DNA of 29,667 nt from a virus (taxonomy: Duplodnaviria; Caudoviricetes). The DNA lies in IMG/VR virus record IMGVR_UViG_3300049141_000141, positions 1 through 29,667 of that record. One strand, 5' to 3'. The notes under the pieces were generated by a model. It made no database searches, was not told the origin of the DNA, and worked only from the letters and a program-made list of their open reading frames with translations. Below, piece after piece: positions 19,201 through 27,558 of the stretch (its first letter is position 1; the number at the start of each line of letters is the position of its first letter). Made by a program: the position numbers and the translations under genes.

Positions 19201-19601
19201 TTGCTACGATCACCGGTCAAGTCATCGGAGCCTATACGGTCACGGTCAACTCGGGGGGCTACTTCGGCGGTTTCCAACTCGTCGGCAAGGATGGCCCTGG
19301 CGGCTTCCAGAGCGAATTGAAAGTTGCGGTCGACAAGTTCCTTGTAGGCGCTCCTGGTTCCGGTTTTGGTGATACGGCGCCGTTCTCGATTGTGACCCGC
19401 AACGGCGTCGCGCTCGTTGGCATTCAAGGTGACCTGATCGCGGATGGTTCGATCCAGGCGAACCGGATCCATGTGGAAGGGGGGCTATCCGCCCTGAGCG
19501 TAACAACGGGTTATCTGGCGTCGTCTTTAAATGTCCCCTCAACGGGCGGCTTCATCCTCGACGGCCCGAGCCGGCGCATTGAGATCTGGGATGCCTCCTG
19601 A
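16245..19601 (+). CDS. Central tail tip / host specificity protein J-like, with gpI-like N-terminus
   Basis: 1118 aa; GNQARPLQPIPVLYGR, YEVRARR and FnIII-like segments; C-terminal coiled coil. Confidence 0.88.
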   Translation: MKSAVKHSLLVFDPERDDVRLPESGLVLPIAEHKTRKRKPTIEQLVAETGWRFDLQTVCKVNGAYYSRTEWATHRLAANDNVEFISRPLGGMGGGGGSSAKSIGAIVAMVALTALAPWAMGAIGLTGAAASIGSSLLIAGGAMAISHFLKPKAGGKTAETEELYSFGFGGNQARPLQPIPVLYGRTLTFPDFAAPKYSEYNGDNMTEYALLCLTCGKADVQELRIADTRVWTKSGGTSPSYPGITVRVYGPNEKVTLFPVNVVTASEVSGIELGQEFTPGFTANAAGTVALKLLLDFVFPSGVFQTWKGEVRSHTVELVVQARPVNDAGAPIGAWTDIWDKAYTYAKQSQIRITEEIEIPDGRYEVRARRRGTPMSEWPPDERHGGSDQVVWSALRAQIDGPNRFPGVTTIAVKAKAFENLQGIMNGQVGVIATRILPVWNGTEFVEQATRSIAWAALDMWRNADYGAGLGLEQVDFQSFYAYDQLWASLGHTFDHVFKEPQTLDDALETVLKAGRAVPAPVGDRLTIVRDEPRGIPRMMFTDYDIVRDSLEINYELNDDDYADGIIGEYLDETTFKLAEVSSAPDGVILAKPARVQLTGVQKRSQAAGLVRFMAAESQYRRIMVSWTARAEGRLLKRGDLVVLSCEQPETWGQSAEVASYNDAARAITFDHDLVWDPNALNHYVEVRRRDGQPWGPVRVTRGTSDRIAIVNAADMATETTRQGMTLADALARSDLADLPTADFSPAEPRAFRVLITEGVPDTDGEHITLTGVLDDPIVYNVTETGVTPLPTTPDIFSPSIPVVTTLAGTVYQRGMQLVLQAGWQPAKGAIRYIADVSYDNQATWVRAYEGDNTTFEAIVAGARTIFVRVAGVTPSNVTGIFSIVQIAPPPLVLDNQFFIMRIKPEDMIPQLSRDLESLSLEYGIADLAGESRVIAEEATDLGRAAITEVAKVKVDTEAAIAQLTTTVEAQFEELEVSVEQQFTAIATITGQVIGAYTVTVNSGGYFGGFQLVGKDGPGGFQSELKVAVDKFLVGAPGSGFGDTAPFSIVTRNGVALVGIQGDLIADGSIQANRIHVEGGLSALSVTTGYLASSLNVPSTGGFILDGPSRRIEIWDAS

Positions 19602-20023
19602 TGGCGCGACGCATTGTCATGGGACAGATGACGAACGGCACCTACGACCTGCGCATCTCCCGCAGGGGCTACGATGCCATGACGGCCAACGTGAATGACC
19701 CCAAGCAGATATCATTCTCGGCGTTGCGCCAAGCGAGCGCGAAGGTGGCCTCGACGGGCGCGGTCAACTCCATGGGATCGTGGGTCAGCCTCGGGAAGAC
19801 GTTCGCCAATCCGCCGCCGACGCTCGCCGTTTTGAGGCGAGGTGGGCGGATGTTCTTCAATTATTATATCTACTACGCGGGCAGAGGGGGCGAGTTTAAC
19901 TGGTACTACAACCCCTATTGCCTGGTTCTGCAGGAAAATAGGTTGAGGATTTCCAAGACCGCTTTCGAGAACGTCACGCTCCCATCGAGTGATGGGATCG
20001 TCTGGTTTTTGCTGGAGAACTGA
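19601..20023 (+). CDS. Tail tip accessory protein, MARR paralog 1
   Basis: TGATG coupling to J; N-terminus shared with the next two genes. Confidence 0.8.
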   Translation: MARRIVMGQMTNGTYDLRISRRGYDAMTANVNDPKQISFSALRQASAKVASTGAVNSMGSWVSLGKTFANPPPTLAVLRRGGRMFFNYYIYYAGRGGEFNWYYNPYCLVLQENRLRISKTAFENVTLPSSDGIVWFLLEN

Positions 20024-20026
20024 TCT

Positions 20027-20407
20027 GTGGCGCGTCGTATCATTCTCGGCCAGCGCGGCGCCGATTATGGCCTCTGGGTTTCGAGAGCAGGCGTTGACGT
20101 TCAATCCGCATCGGGTTCGGACTTGCTCTTCGACATGTCGATGCGCCGGGGCATGGTGCTGGAGGAAGGCTCGGCCGTCGTGCCGAGCGGCGGCAAGACG
20201 CGTTCGATCAGCTTCGCCCGCACCTATCCTTCTATCCCCTTGGTCTTCTGCGGGCAGTTGCGAAGCTATCCCAGCCTGGCAACCGTGCGCACACAGGCGA
20301 CCCGATCCGGCTTCACGCTCAGCAGCATTCAAGACACACTGACGGGTGACTGGTTTGCGGCGGGTGACACCGTGCAATGGTTCGCCGTCATGCAGACCGA
20401 AAGTTAA
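20027..20407 (+). CDS. Tail tip accessory protein, MARR paralog 2 (GTG start)
   Basis: GGAG RBS; MARRIILGQRGADYGLWVSRAGVD N-terminus. Confidence 0.8.
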   Translation: MARRIILGQRGADYGLWVSRAGVDVQSASGSDLLFDMSMRRGMVLEEGSAVVPSGGKTRSISFARTYPSIPLVFCGQLRSYPSLATVRTQATRSGFTLSSIQDTLTGDWFAAGDTVQWFAVMQTES

Positions 20408-20410
20408 GTC

Positions 20411-20929
20411 ATGGCGCGTCGTGTTGTCCTCGGCAACGTGGGCTCTGAATTCATCTTCCGTGTTTCGCGCCCCGGTTTCGATGCGGCGACGGCGGATCTC
20501 GATCAACTGATCTTTGACGCCGATGCGATCCAGGCTCGCGTGGCCGCGTCCGGTCTCACAACGGTCTCCGCGTCCGAATATCCCCTCAGCCCCGGCACGC
20601 GCACGATCACGCATGGGGTTGATAACCCGGGCCTCGCCATCGGTGTCGCGCAGTCGATGTACTCGAATGAGTTCGACCCTTCGAACGATGGCATGTGGGT
20701 GGGGCTTGATCGCGACCCGCAGCTGAGCGGCGGCAACGTGACCATCCGCCCTCTGAACTGGAACAATGACCTCAAGATCGGCTGGTGCACGCCCTGGATG
20801 CTGAATGCCGACCAAGGCGAGAAGAAATCCGGCAACGGCTGGCGCATCCGCTGGAACAGCACCAGCCTCTTCATAGATAATTTTCAGGCCTACGGCATCC
20901 GCGTCCGCTGGTCTATGTTGGAGTTCTGA
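20411..20929 (+). CDS. Tail tip accessory protein, MARR paralog 3
   Basis: MARRVVLGNVGSEFIFRVSRPGFD N-terminus. Confidence 0.8.
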   Translation: MARRVVLGNVGSEFIFRVSRPGFDAATADLDQLIFDADAIQARVAASGLTTVSASEYPLSPGTRTITHGVDNPGLAIGVAQSMYSNEFDPSNDGMWVGLDRDPQLSGGNVTIRPLNWNNDLKIGWCTPWMLNADQGEKKSGNGWRIRWNSTSLFIDNFQAYGIRVRWSMLEF

Positions 20930-20930
20930 C

Positions 20931-21344
20931 ATGCTTCTGTTTACCGATGTCGAAGGCCGCTATGTGGGGCACACCGATGCAGAGTATCCGGCGCCGGCCG
21001 AGATGCTCGAGCGGGTGCGGGCCAACCAAGAGGAAGGTCATGTGCTGGATGTCCCGCCCTTCGACACCCGGTTCTGGTATTTCCCCAAAGGCGTGCCGAC
21101 GATCCGGCCTCAGCTCGACTACACGGTCACGGAGAAGCAGGAAGGCGACGACAAGGTGACGGTGATCTCGGGCATCCCGAAGGGGCTCGCCGTGCAAGTG
21201 CTCGGGCCCGAGGGCGGGCAAGTGGTCGAGGCCGATGCCGATGATCTGGAACTCGTCCTGCGCACGCCCGGGAGCTACTCCGTCACTTTCGATCCGTTCC
21301 CGCATCAGCCGGTCTCCATCCATCTCGCCGTGACGGAGGCCTGA
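20931..21344 (+). CDS. Hypothetical tail-region protein
   Basis: Tightly packed, GGAG RBS, high GC3. Confidence 0.75.
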   Translation: MLLFTDVEGRYVGHTDAEYPAPAEMLERVRANQEEGHVLDVPPFDTRFWYFPKGVPTIRPQLDYTVTEKQEGDDKVTVISGIPKGLAVQVLGPEGGQVVEADADDLELVLRTPGSYSVTFDPFPHQPVSIHLAVTEA

Positions 21345-21345
21345 G

Positions 21346-21687
21346 ATGGCGCGTCTTGAGTTCGGCCCTTCCGTCGAGCAGCTCCGCGCCCTGGGTGAAG
21401 CTGCGATCGACAAGCACTTTGAGCCGGTGCGGCTGCGCATGGCGCTCTACAACCGCAAGGTCACGGAAGCCCGCAACCATCTCAAGGGCGAGACGTCTGC
21501 GATGCTCAACAAGGAAGCGCAGCGCCGGCACATCAAGGCGGATGAGATCGCCCGCCAGGTCGTGGCTCTCGCTGAAGCCGACGAGGCGACGGAAGACAAC
21601 CGCACAGCCCTGAAACTGAAAGTCCGCAAGGCCCTGACCGCTGAGAAGATCCGCAAGATCCTCAGCCAGAACGGCATCGCGCTCTAA
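21346..21687 (+). CDS. Hypothetical tail-region protein (fibre-assembly-like)
   Basis: GGAGG RBS; Y.RKVTEAR motif; position before the tailspike. Confidence 0.75.
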   Translation: MARLEFGPSVEQLRALGEAAIDKHFEPVRLRMALYNRKVTEARNHLKGETSAMLNKEAQRRHIKADEIARQVVALAEADEATEDNRTALKLKVRKALTAEKIRKILSQNGIAL

Positions 21688-21747
21688 GCCCTCTCCACAA
21701 TCCAAGCCCAACCCAATCGGCCAAGCCTCTTGGCCGGGAGCTATTCT

Positions 21748-23433
21748 ATGGCCCTAGACCCCGCATACTTCTTCTACGCTGACGGCACGATCACCCTGAC
21801 CAACGGCTCGGACATTGCCACGGGCGAGTTCACCGCCTGGGATCCGGCCGTGCTGCCCTTCGATTTCGTCTATCCGAACGACGGCACCGCGGGCATGTCC
21901 GTGATCAAGGAAGTCCTCGGCATGGAGGAGATCCGGCTTGCCAAGCCGTGGACGGGGCCGACCCTTACGAACGTTCCTTACTTCATGGTGCGCTGGACCC
22001 GGCACACCGATCCGCGCATCTATGGCGTCCGCCTGTCCGATTATCTGGCGCGGCTGAAGGGCATCCCCGAGAACCTTGAGGAACTTGCTCAGCAGATGGA
22101 GGAAGACGCGGCAGCGGTCGCTGCCGCTCTCCCGATCATCACGCAAGCCGCAGCTGATGTTGAGGCCGATCGTCAGGCCGTCGCTGGGGATCTCCAAGCG
22201 GCCATCTCGGTCAAGGAAGGAGCCGAGGCGGCGCTTGCGGCGGCGGAGGAGGTGCTCCAGCAGGTTGAAGAAGGGTCGGTAGCCGATGGCGCTATCACCG
22301 ATGTCAAGGTCGCCGCAAATGCCGCCATTGACGCAAGCAAGCTGTCCTTTCTTCGGCAGGCCACTGGCGCGAAACGGATGGCGCTCGATGTCATCGTTGG
22401 GGCCGATACGGTTCATGCCCGCGAGTTTTTGAGCCTCAACGGTTCCGATGACACCGCTAACCTTCGAAATGCCTTTAACGCAGCCAAGAACAAGCGCCTG
22501 ATCCTGCCGTCAGCGCTTATTAATGTGGCGAGCACTCCGGAGGCCCCGGCTATCGTTATTGATCCGCTGGTCAATTATCAGATTATTGGCGAGGGCGGCG
22601 GCTACCCGAACATGGGAACGATCCTCAGAGACAACGGCTCGGGTCGGCTGCTGTCTGCGGACAACACAAACGGCTCGGGCGGCGCGGGCCCTGCGGGCGA
22701 TCAGTTACTCCATATCCAAGGCATCGGGTTTGAGGGGAACCGCTGGGCGCAGGAGGTCATCTATCTGAACTATATCACTCGGGCCAATCTTGACCGGATA
22801 TGGGTGAGCGGGGCGGGCTACAGCGGCATTCGGATGCGGCGGTGCTTCAACTCGACGGTCAAGAACGTTTATGTGACCCGGTGCGGCCGGCACGGTATCT
22901 GGCTGGAAGAGCAGGCGAACAACGTCGTTATTGAGGATTGCCGCGCCATTGCCAATTCCCGAAACAGCGGGTTTGCGGGGATCAATATCACTGGATCGCT
23001 CACCCTCGAAAGTTATGGGCTCCAGATCGTCAGGACCGATTGCTCTTACAACGGAACCACATCGTGGGATAATCCCTCGGCACCTGTGGCCGAGGCTTAC
23101 GGTATGATCGCGGTGTGGGTCGAAGGCTTAACCCTGAACGGCTTCTACTGCGAGCAGGCTCCCAACAAGCCCACGATTACCTATCAGGCGGCATACATCG
23201 CCAACAGCCGCGCCATTATAATGACTGGCGGGTTGATCCTAGATGGCGTTGTCCAGTTTGAGACCGGAGTCTGCAAGGATGTTTTTCTTGGCCCTAACAT
23301 CTTTCTACGGCAGACCGCCAATACGGGGGTAACGGCAGGAACCAACGCAGGTGACAACTTCCGTTATATGAACCAGAGCCTTATTGGCGGGGCCACGCAA
23401 GTTATTTCCGGGGCCGGCGCCTCGTTGATTTGA
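21748..23433 (+). CDS. Tail fibre / tailspike with right-handed beta-helix (pectate-lyase-like) depolymerase domain
   Basis: GGGAG RBS. N-terminal anchor GTITLTNGS, coiled coil, then GSDDTANLRNAFNAA...IIGEG and Asn/Gly-rich repeats (GIRMRRCFNSTVKNVYV..CGRHGIWL). Confidence 0.82.
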   Translation: MALDPAYFFYADGTITLTNGSDIATGEFTAWDPAVLPFDFVYPNDGTAGMSVIKEVLGMEEIRLAKPWTGPTLTNVPYFMVRWTRHTDPRIYGVRLSDYLARLKGIPENLEELAQQMEEDAAAVAAALPIITQAAADVEADRQAVAGDLQAAISVKEGAEAALAAAEEVLQQVEEGSVADGAITDVKVAANAAIDASKLSFLRQATGAKRMALDVIVGADTVHAREFLSLNGSDDTANLRNAFNAAKNKRLILPSALINVASTPEAPAIVIDPLVNYQIIGEGGGYPNMGTILRDNGSGRLLSADNTNGSGGAGPAGDQLLHIQGIGFEGNRWAQEVIYLNYITRANLDRIWVSGAGYSGIRMRRCFNSTVKNVYVTRCGRHGIWLEEQANNVVIEDCRAIANSRNSGFAGINITGSLTLESYGLQIVRTDCSYNGTTSWDNPSAPVAEAYGMIAVWVEGLTLNGFYCEQAPNKPTITYQAAYIANSRAIIMTGGLILDGVVQFETGVCKDVFLGPNIFLRQTANTGVTAGTNAGDNFRYMNQSLIGGATQVISGAGASLI

Positions 23434-23451
23434 CCTAGCAGCTGGCGCGGA

Positions 23452-23643
23452 CTACTGCACCGGCGCTAGTCGATAGTAAGTGCCATTAATCTGAATGGAC
23501 TTGCTCTCGGCGGCCCGGGTCAGTTTTGCGTCATAAGCCGACGTAGCAAGCATGGCTGTTCCAAAGAATGATAACAACATCCCAATCATGAGAGTACCTA
23601 GAAGCAACAAGAAACGTTCATCACCTAGCTTCTTCAAATTCAT
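23452..23643 (-). CDS. Antisense moron: small single-TM protein
   Basis: GGGGA RBS; one hydrophobic helix; low GC. Confidence 0.6.
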   Translation of the reverse strand: MNLKKLGDERFLLLLGTLMIGMLLSFFGTAMLATSAYDAKLTRAAESKSIQINGTYYRLAPVQ

Positions 23644-23674
23644 GTCAAATCCCCAGATCGGTCTATTACTGGAA

Positions 23675-25069
23675 TTACTGCTCTCTTACAGGTCGGTCAA
23701 TCGCGCTGCCCATGCTATTCGCTAGCCCAACGATCCATACAATCACCATCATTAAGAGAGCAGGGTAGAAGTATCGCAACTCATGCGATTGCGACACCGG
23801 CATGAAGGTTGCGTAGTAAAGCATACTGATCCCCAATGGTATGGCGCAGCGGATCCCAAGCTCACGGCCACGCATGGCCCACAGAACAGCTACGATGAGC
23901 AGCGTTCCGAGGGACAGATAGAATGGGCGCAGGAGGAACGCCCCACTTTTGGCCATCCAATCATTGAACACGTCGGCAATGCGTTCATGTCGCGGACCAG
24001 GATGGAAGCCAAGAGCCTCCATCTGCGGCTTGAATATCGGCTCCCTCCATCGCCCGATCTCAGCGTTAGCTAGAGGAGCCTGTATTCCAAGAACTCGACC
24101 AGCAAAAATCAGATGAGTTTTGATAAACAGCCATGGTTCTTCGACCGCGAGAAGTTGGAAGTTCTGTAGGAATTGTTCTTTCTTCGCTGGGTTAATGCGA
24201 ATGTGGTCGAGCAGGGGCCAGTAGTTGCTGCAGTAGATGTTATCTAAGCAGGGCGGCAAGCGCTTCTGACCCAGATTGCGCTCGAGATCCTGGACGAATG
24301 CTTCATGAATTGGGTTCCGCGCCTGTGGTGCCATATACACGTAACGCCAAGAAGGGCCGCTGACCCACAAACTTGTTGGCACCGCTCCGACAATCCGACC
24401 AAGCGCAAACGGCACGAGGAGGAGCAACAGGCAAGGCACCAGCCCGGCGTAGATTAGCCGCGTCCGTGTGCGCTTATATGCAGCTGCGAATGCGCAAAGC
24501 GCAGTAAGAAGGGCTATCGGAAGGGCGGGGAGCCGATAAGCGACGAGAACTACCAGCAAGCCACAGGCGTATGTCAGGAGGGCGACAGGGTTGCCTCGCC
24601 CCGACCAGAGACGGATCAGGACGATGGAGAGCCATAGAATGATTGTCGCAGCTGCAACGTCAAAGCTATGAAACACGGCGTAGATCAACTGGATGGGCGT
24701 GAACATCATCGCAGATGCTAGAAGGACGCCGATTGCGGCTGCGCGGTTGCGCTCTGGCCCTGTGATCTCAAGCACCAACCGTAAGATGCCGAACGTCAGT
24801 AAGAAACACTGAAGGAAGGCATACAAGCCAATCTCGCCTGTGATCTGGTGCAGCGGCCACATCAATAGATACGGACCGATAGGATTTGTGTCGTCAATCT
24901 GCTGACCAGCAAAGAGCGCAAATGCCCGGTTCCAGCGAAACACGGTATCCGTATAGACAACGCCCGGATACATTTGGAGGGTCTGTATTACAGTATAGAT
25001 CAGAGAGAAAATAACAGGGTAGGTTCGCCCCGAAAGTGTACGGGCACCCCTAGCAAGAACAAAATCCAT
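23675..25069 (-). CDS. Antisense moron: polytopic membrane protein, GT-C-type glycosyltransferase-like (serotype-conversion-like)
   Basis: Many TM segments; acidic first loop YPGVVYTD...IDDTNP; large periplasmic loop; C-terminal ELRYFYP. Confidence 0.65.
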   Translation of the reverse strand: MDFVLARGARTLSGRTYPVIFSLIYTVIQTLQMYPGVVYTDTVFRWNRAFALFAGQQIDDTNPIGPYLLMWPLHQITGEIGLYAFLQCFLLTFGILRLVLEITGPERNRAAAIGVLLASAMMFTPIQLIYAVFHSFDVAAATIILWLSIVLIRLWSGRGNPVALLTYACGLLVVLVAYRLPALPIALLTALCAFAAAYKRTRTRLIYAGLVPCLLLLLVPFALGRIVGAVPTSLWVSGPSWRYVYMAPQARNPIHEAFVQDLERNLGQKRLPPCLDNIYCSNYWPLLDHIRINPAKKEQFLQNFQLLAVEEPWLFIKTHLIFAGRVLGIQAPLANAEIGRWREPIFKPQMEALGFHPGPRHERIADVFNDWMAKSGAFLLRPFYLSLGTLLIVAVLWAMRGRELGIRCAIPLGISMLYYATFMPVSQSHELRYFYPALLMMVIVWIVGLANSMGSAIDRPVREQ

Positions 25070-25148
25070 TTCTTGTTGTCTCTATTTCTGGGTCAGCAAG
25101 CGGCCGAATACCACGCGAACCAATACGCGGCTAGCCTCATACACACAT

Positions 25149-25208
25149 CCACATCACGAGGACATCATGACCACCAAGACATTCGGGCGGGCGATCTCGC
25201 TGGAGTGA
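25149..25208 (+). repeat. Endolysin 5'-end copy A (MTTKTFGRAISLE*)
   Basis: 25149-25201 matches 27541-27593 at 51/53 nt, including RBS and ATG. Confidence 0.92.
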
Positions 25209-25256
25209 GACGCCCCAGCCGGGGTCAGTAGATCGGGTTGATTGCTGGGGCGGCGG

Positions 25257-25457
25257 TTCACCATTGGCGCCTCGCCAATCTTCGCGGTCGACAACTCGAG
25301 CGAAGGCGCCAACTGCTCCGACGTTGACCTCCGCGAGTACAACGGCGTTACGCTGTTCACCTACATGATTGGCGATCAGAAGACGTGGTGGAACGTCAGG
25401 ACCGCGGTCTATATTGGAACGATGGCCCAGTTTTTCGCAGAGGCCTATCCGGCTTGA
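25257..25457 (+). pseudogene. Orphan C-terminal fragment, probably of a former tail fibre / beta-propeller glycosidase-like protein
   Basis: High-GC3 frame with no RBS (EGANCSDVDLREYNGVTLFTYMIGDQKTW...QFF). Its stop overlaps the convergent acyltransferase stop. Confidence 0.5.
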
Positions 25458-26539
25458 GAATGAGCGGGCCGCGGAGCCAGGCGGAATAGCCGGCGCCAGG
25501 GCTCCTGCGGGAACTCCACATAACGGAAGGTGACGGCCGAAATGATCAAGAAGGGAATCCAGAAATTGAGGTTGTTCCGCACGTCTAGCGGGTTCGCCAT
25601 CATCTCCGGCCCGCGGAAAAACGCGTGCCATACATAGAGGGAGAAGCACATGGCCCCGATGAGTGTCAGTGGCCAGGTGCCGAGAACGCGGGACGTCAGG
25701 GATCCGAACCGAAGGGCGCCAACCAACATCAGGCCGAAGCTGATTTGAGCGGCATTGTTCACTAGAGCGATCGACCAGCTCGGAAGTACCTTGTAGGTCG
25801 CTAGATCAGCGAAGAAGGCTGTCACGATGAACAGGGACAGACCCATTGCCCCAGCGTGTTTGGGAGCATTCGCAAGACGTCCGGTGACATACAGATGGGC
25901 GAGCCAAGCCCCAATCATGAAGTCATCAATGCGGCCAAGCACCGAGTCCTTCAATGGCCGGACATGGAAGTTGATGAACTCGATCTGGGAACCAACAACG
26001 CGCACACAGAGGCTGATAAATAAGACCACGACTACAGTCCGCGCCCATCCCCACCGAGTGGCGGCAAGGATGAGCAGTGGCAAAGCGAGGCTTGCCCAGA
26101 CCTCAACCATCAGCGACCAAGCGACCGGGAAGACTGTCGGGAAGAACTCGTCATCCGTGAACATGCTGAGCGTGCTGATCGTCAGTAGGAAGGAGCGCAG
26201 CTCAGGGCCATTTTTTTGCAGGGCGTAGAGAAAGCCTCCTGCTGCACCGAGGAGCATAAGGGGCAAAAGCCGGCGCAATCGGCGTGCTGCGAACTCTTGG
26301 TAGCCAGCGAGAGATCTGAAGTCTCTGCGGCCTTCGCAGAAGGGTAGCGCCAAAACAAAGCCCGAGAGGTTGAAGAATAGTCCGACGCCAAGCCAGCCGT
26401 TGCCGATAATGTAGGGGCGGGAGAACCACCCTGTTCCTATCATCGCCTGCATGGCTACGTACGCATAGCAGTGCTGGTATAGCACCATCAGGATAGCAAT
26501 ACCCCGCAGGCCGTCGATTGGGTCAAGTCTCTTCTGCAT
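25445..26539 (-). CDS. Antisense moron: acyltransferase-3 (OafA-like) O-acyltransferase
   Basis: IDGLRGIAILMV..QH, GVGLFFNLSGF, RRLRRLLP, AWSLMVE, SLYVWH, YVE motifs. Confidence 0.9.
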   Translation of the reverse strand: MQKRLDPIDGLRGIAILMVLYQHCYAYVAMQAMIGTGWFSRPYIIGNGWLGVGLFFNLSGFVLALPFCEGRRDFRSLAGYQEFAARRLRRLLPLMLLGAAGGFLYALQKNGPELRSFLLTISTLSMFTDDEFFPTVFPVAWSLMVEVWASLALPLLILAATRWGWARTVVVVLFISLCVRVVGSQIEFINFHVRPLKDSVLGRIDDFMIGAWLAHLYVTGRLANAPKHAGAMGLSLFIVTAFFADLATYKVLPSWSIALVNNAAQISFGLMLVGALRFGSLTSRVLGTWPLTLIGAMCFSLYVWHAFFRGPEMMANPLDVRNNLNFWIPFLIISAVTFRYVEFPQEPWRRLFRLAPRPAHSQAG

Positions 26540-26573
26540 GGCTAGCGTGTAACATTCTTCGCCATCGACCACT

Positions 26574-26595
26574 AGCCGCCTCCGGGTGGCTTTTT
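26574..26595 (+). terminator. Rho-independent terminator
   Basis: AGCCGCC-TCCG-GGTGGCT-TTTT. Confidence 0.75.
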
Positions 26596-26603
26596 GACAT
26601 CCC

Positions 26604-26639
26604 CATCACGACATCATGACCACCGAGACGGGGGCTTAG
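26604..26639 (+). repeat. Endolysin 5'-end copy B (MTTETGA*), Shine-Dalgarno AGG deleted
   Basis: CATCACG---ACATCATGACCACCGAGAC versus CATCACGAGGACATCATGACCACCGAGAC at 27544. Confidence 0.85.
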
Positions 26640-26712
26640 CCTTCAGTGTCGGCGGGGTTGGGCTTGCGGATAACTACAAGCCGCTTCTTAGGCGGGGCAG
26701 ATTAGGACCGGT

Positions 26713-26853
26713 TTCCCGCCGCGGCTGCAGGCGATCTTCGACGCGGCCGAACACCTTTCATCGGATGATGAGTTCTGGCCGAGCCTCGTGGCTGCTGCAG
26801 AACTGGCTTATGGGCCGGACCGTGCTGCAGAGATCCTGGCGTCGACTGCCTAA
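26713..26853 (+). pseudogene. Start-less C-terminal fragment of a small post-fibre phage gene, copy 1
   Basis: Reads FPPRLQAIFDAAEHLSSDDEFWPSLVAAAELAYGPDRAAEILASTA*; bounded upstream by TAG at 26689; homologous to 27443-27535. Confidence 0.75.
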
Positions 26854-26952
26854 CAACAAGAGGTCGGGATCAGCTCGCAAGCTTGGTGAGCAGGCTTATG
26901 GAGCGGGCGGCCAAATTGTCTCGGCGACTCGCCCCAACCTGATGGCGATCTC

Positions 26953-27243
26953 CTACGACAACCAACCAATTGCAGCCTGCGTCAAGCTTGTTGGGATGAA
27001 GATCGAAACTGCAATGACGAACAGAAGCATCTCCGTCAATAGGACGGTTCGGTTAGACAGAGCCAGAAAGAAGATCGCTGCTGCCAATTGATTGAAGTTG
27101 AAATCAAAATGAGACTGTAGCGACAAGAGCAGGTAAGCAGATATAGAGAACGCGGCCCCGCGGCCAAGCCGAAGAAGAAAGGGCAAGAGAGACTTGGCTG
27201 CAGTAAGAAAGGCTTCGGCGTCACTATCGATATGAGCGTTCAT
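26953..27243 (-). CDS. Antisense moron: small multi-TM membrane protein
   Basis: 96 aa, about three hydrophobic segments, low GC. Confidence 0.6.
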   Translation of the reverse strand: MNAHIDSDAEAFLTAAKSLLPFLLRLGRGAAFSISAYLLLSLQSHFDFNFNQLAAAIFFLALSNRTVLLTEMLLFVIAVSIFIPTSLTQAAIGWLS

Positions 27244-27442
27244 AATTGGGTCCACAATTTTGGAACGCCTTCGGTATGCGAGGCACACAGTCTCATCAAT
27301 CTGTCATCTCTCAGGACTGTTTACTTACTGCGAGCCTGATGAATTTGTGCAACACCAGAGCAACCCTAAATGCAGACGAGTAAGTTCATTCTGCGATGAC
27401 GGCTGGATCAGCTCGCAAGGTTGCCCGGCCCTTCTCATGCCA

Positions 27443-27535
27443 GCGGATGAAGAGTTCTGTCCGGATTTCGTGTTAGCGGCAGAGCACGCCTATGGCGCCG
27501 AACGGGCAGCTGAGATCCTAGCCCCGACTGTCTGA
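27443..27535 (+). pseudogene. C-terminal fragment of the same small gene, copy 2, abutting the endolysin leader
   Basis: Reads ADEEFCPDFVLAAEHAYGAERAAEILAPTV*. Confidence 0.75.
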
Positions 27536-27558
27536 CACACCCACATCACGAGGACATC

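Noticed and set aside
16251-20932. Long antisense ORFs (616, 345 and 406 aa) over tail genes
   Set aside because: Codon-bias shadows of well-supported plus-strand genes.
21748-25457. Diversity-generating retroelement acting on the tail fibre
   Set aside because: No reverse transcriptase, and I saw no template/variable repeat pair with adenine-specific mismatches.
26594-27535. ORFs 26594..27091 and 27260..27535 as intact genes
   Set aside because: They cross mosaic junctions without RBS support; only the short remnants reported are homologous to each other.
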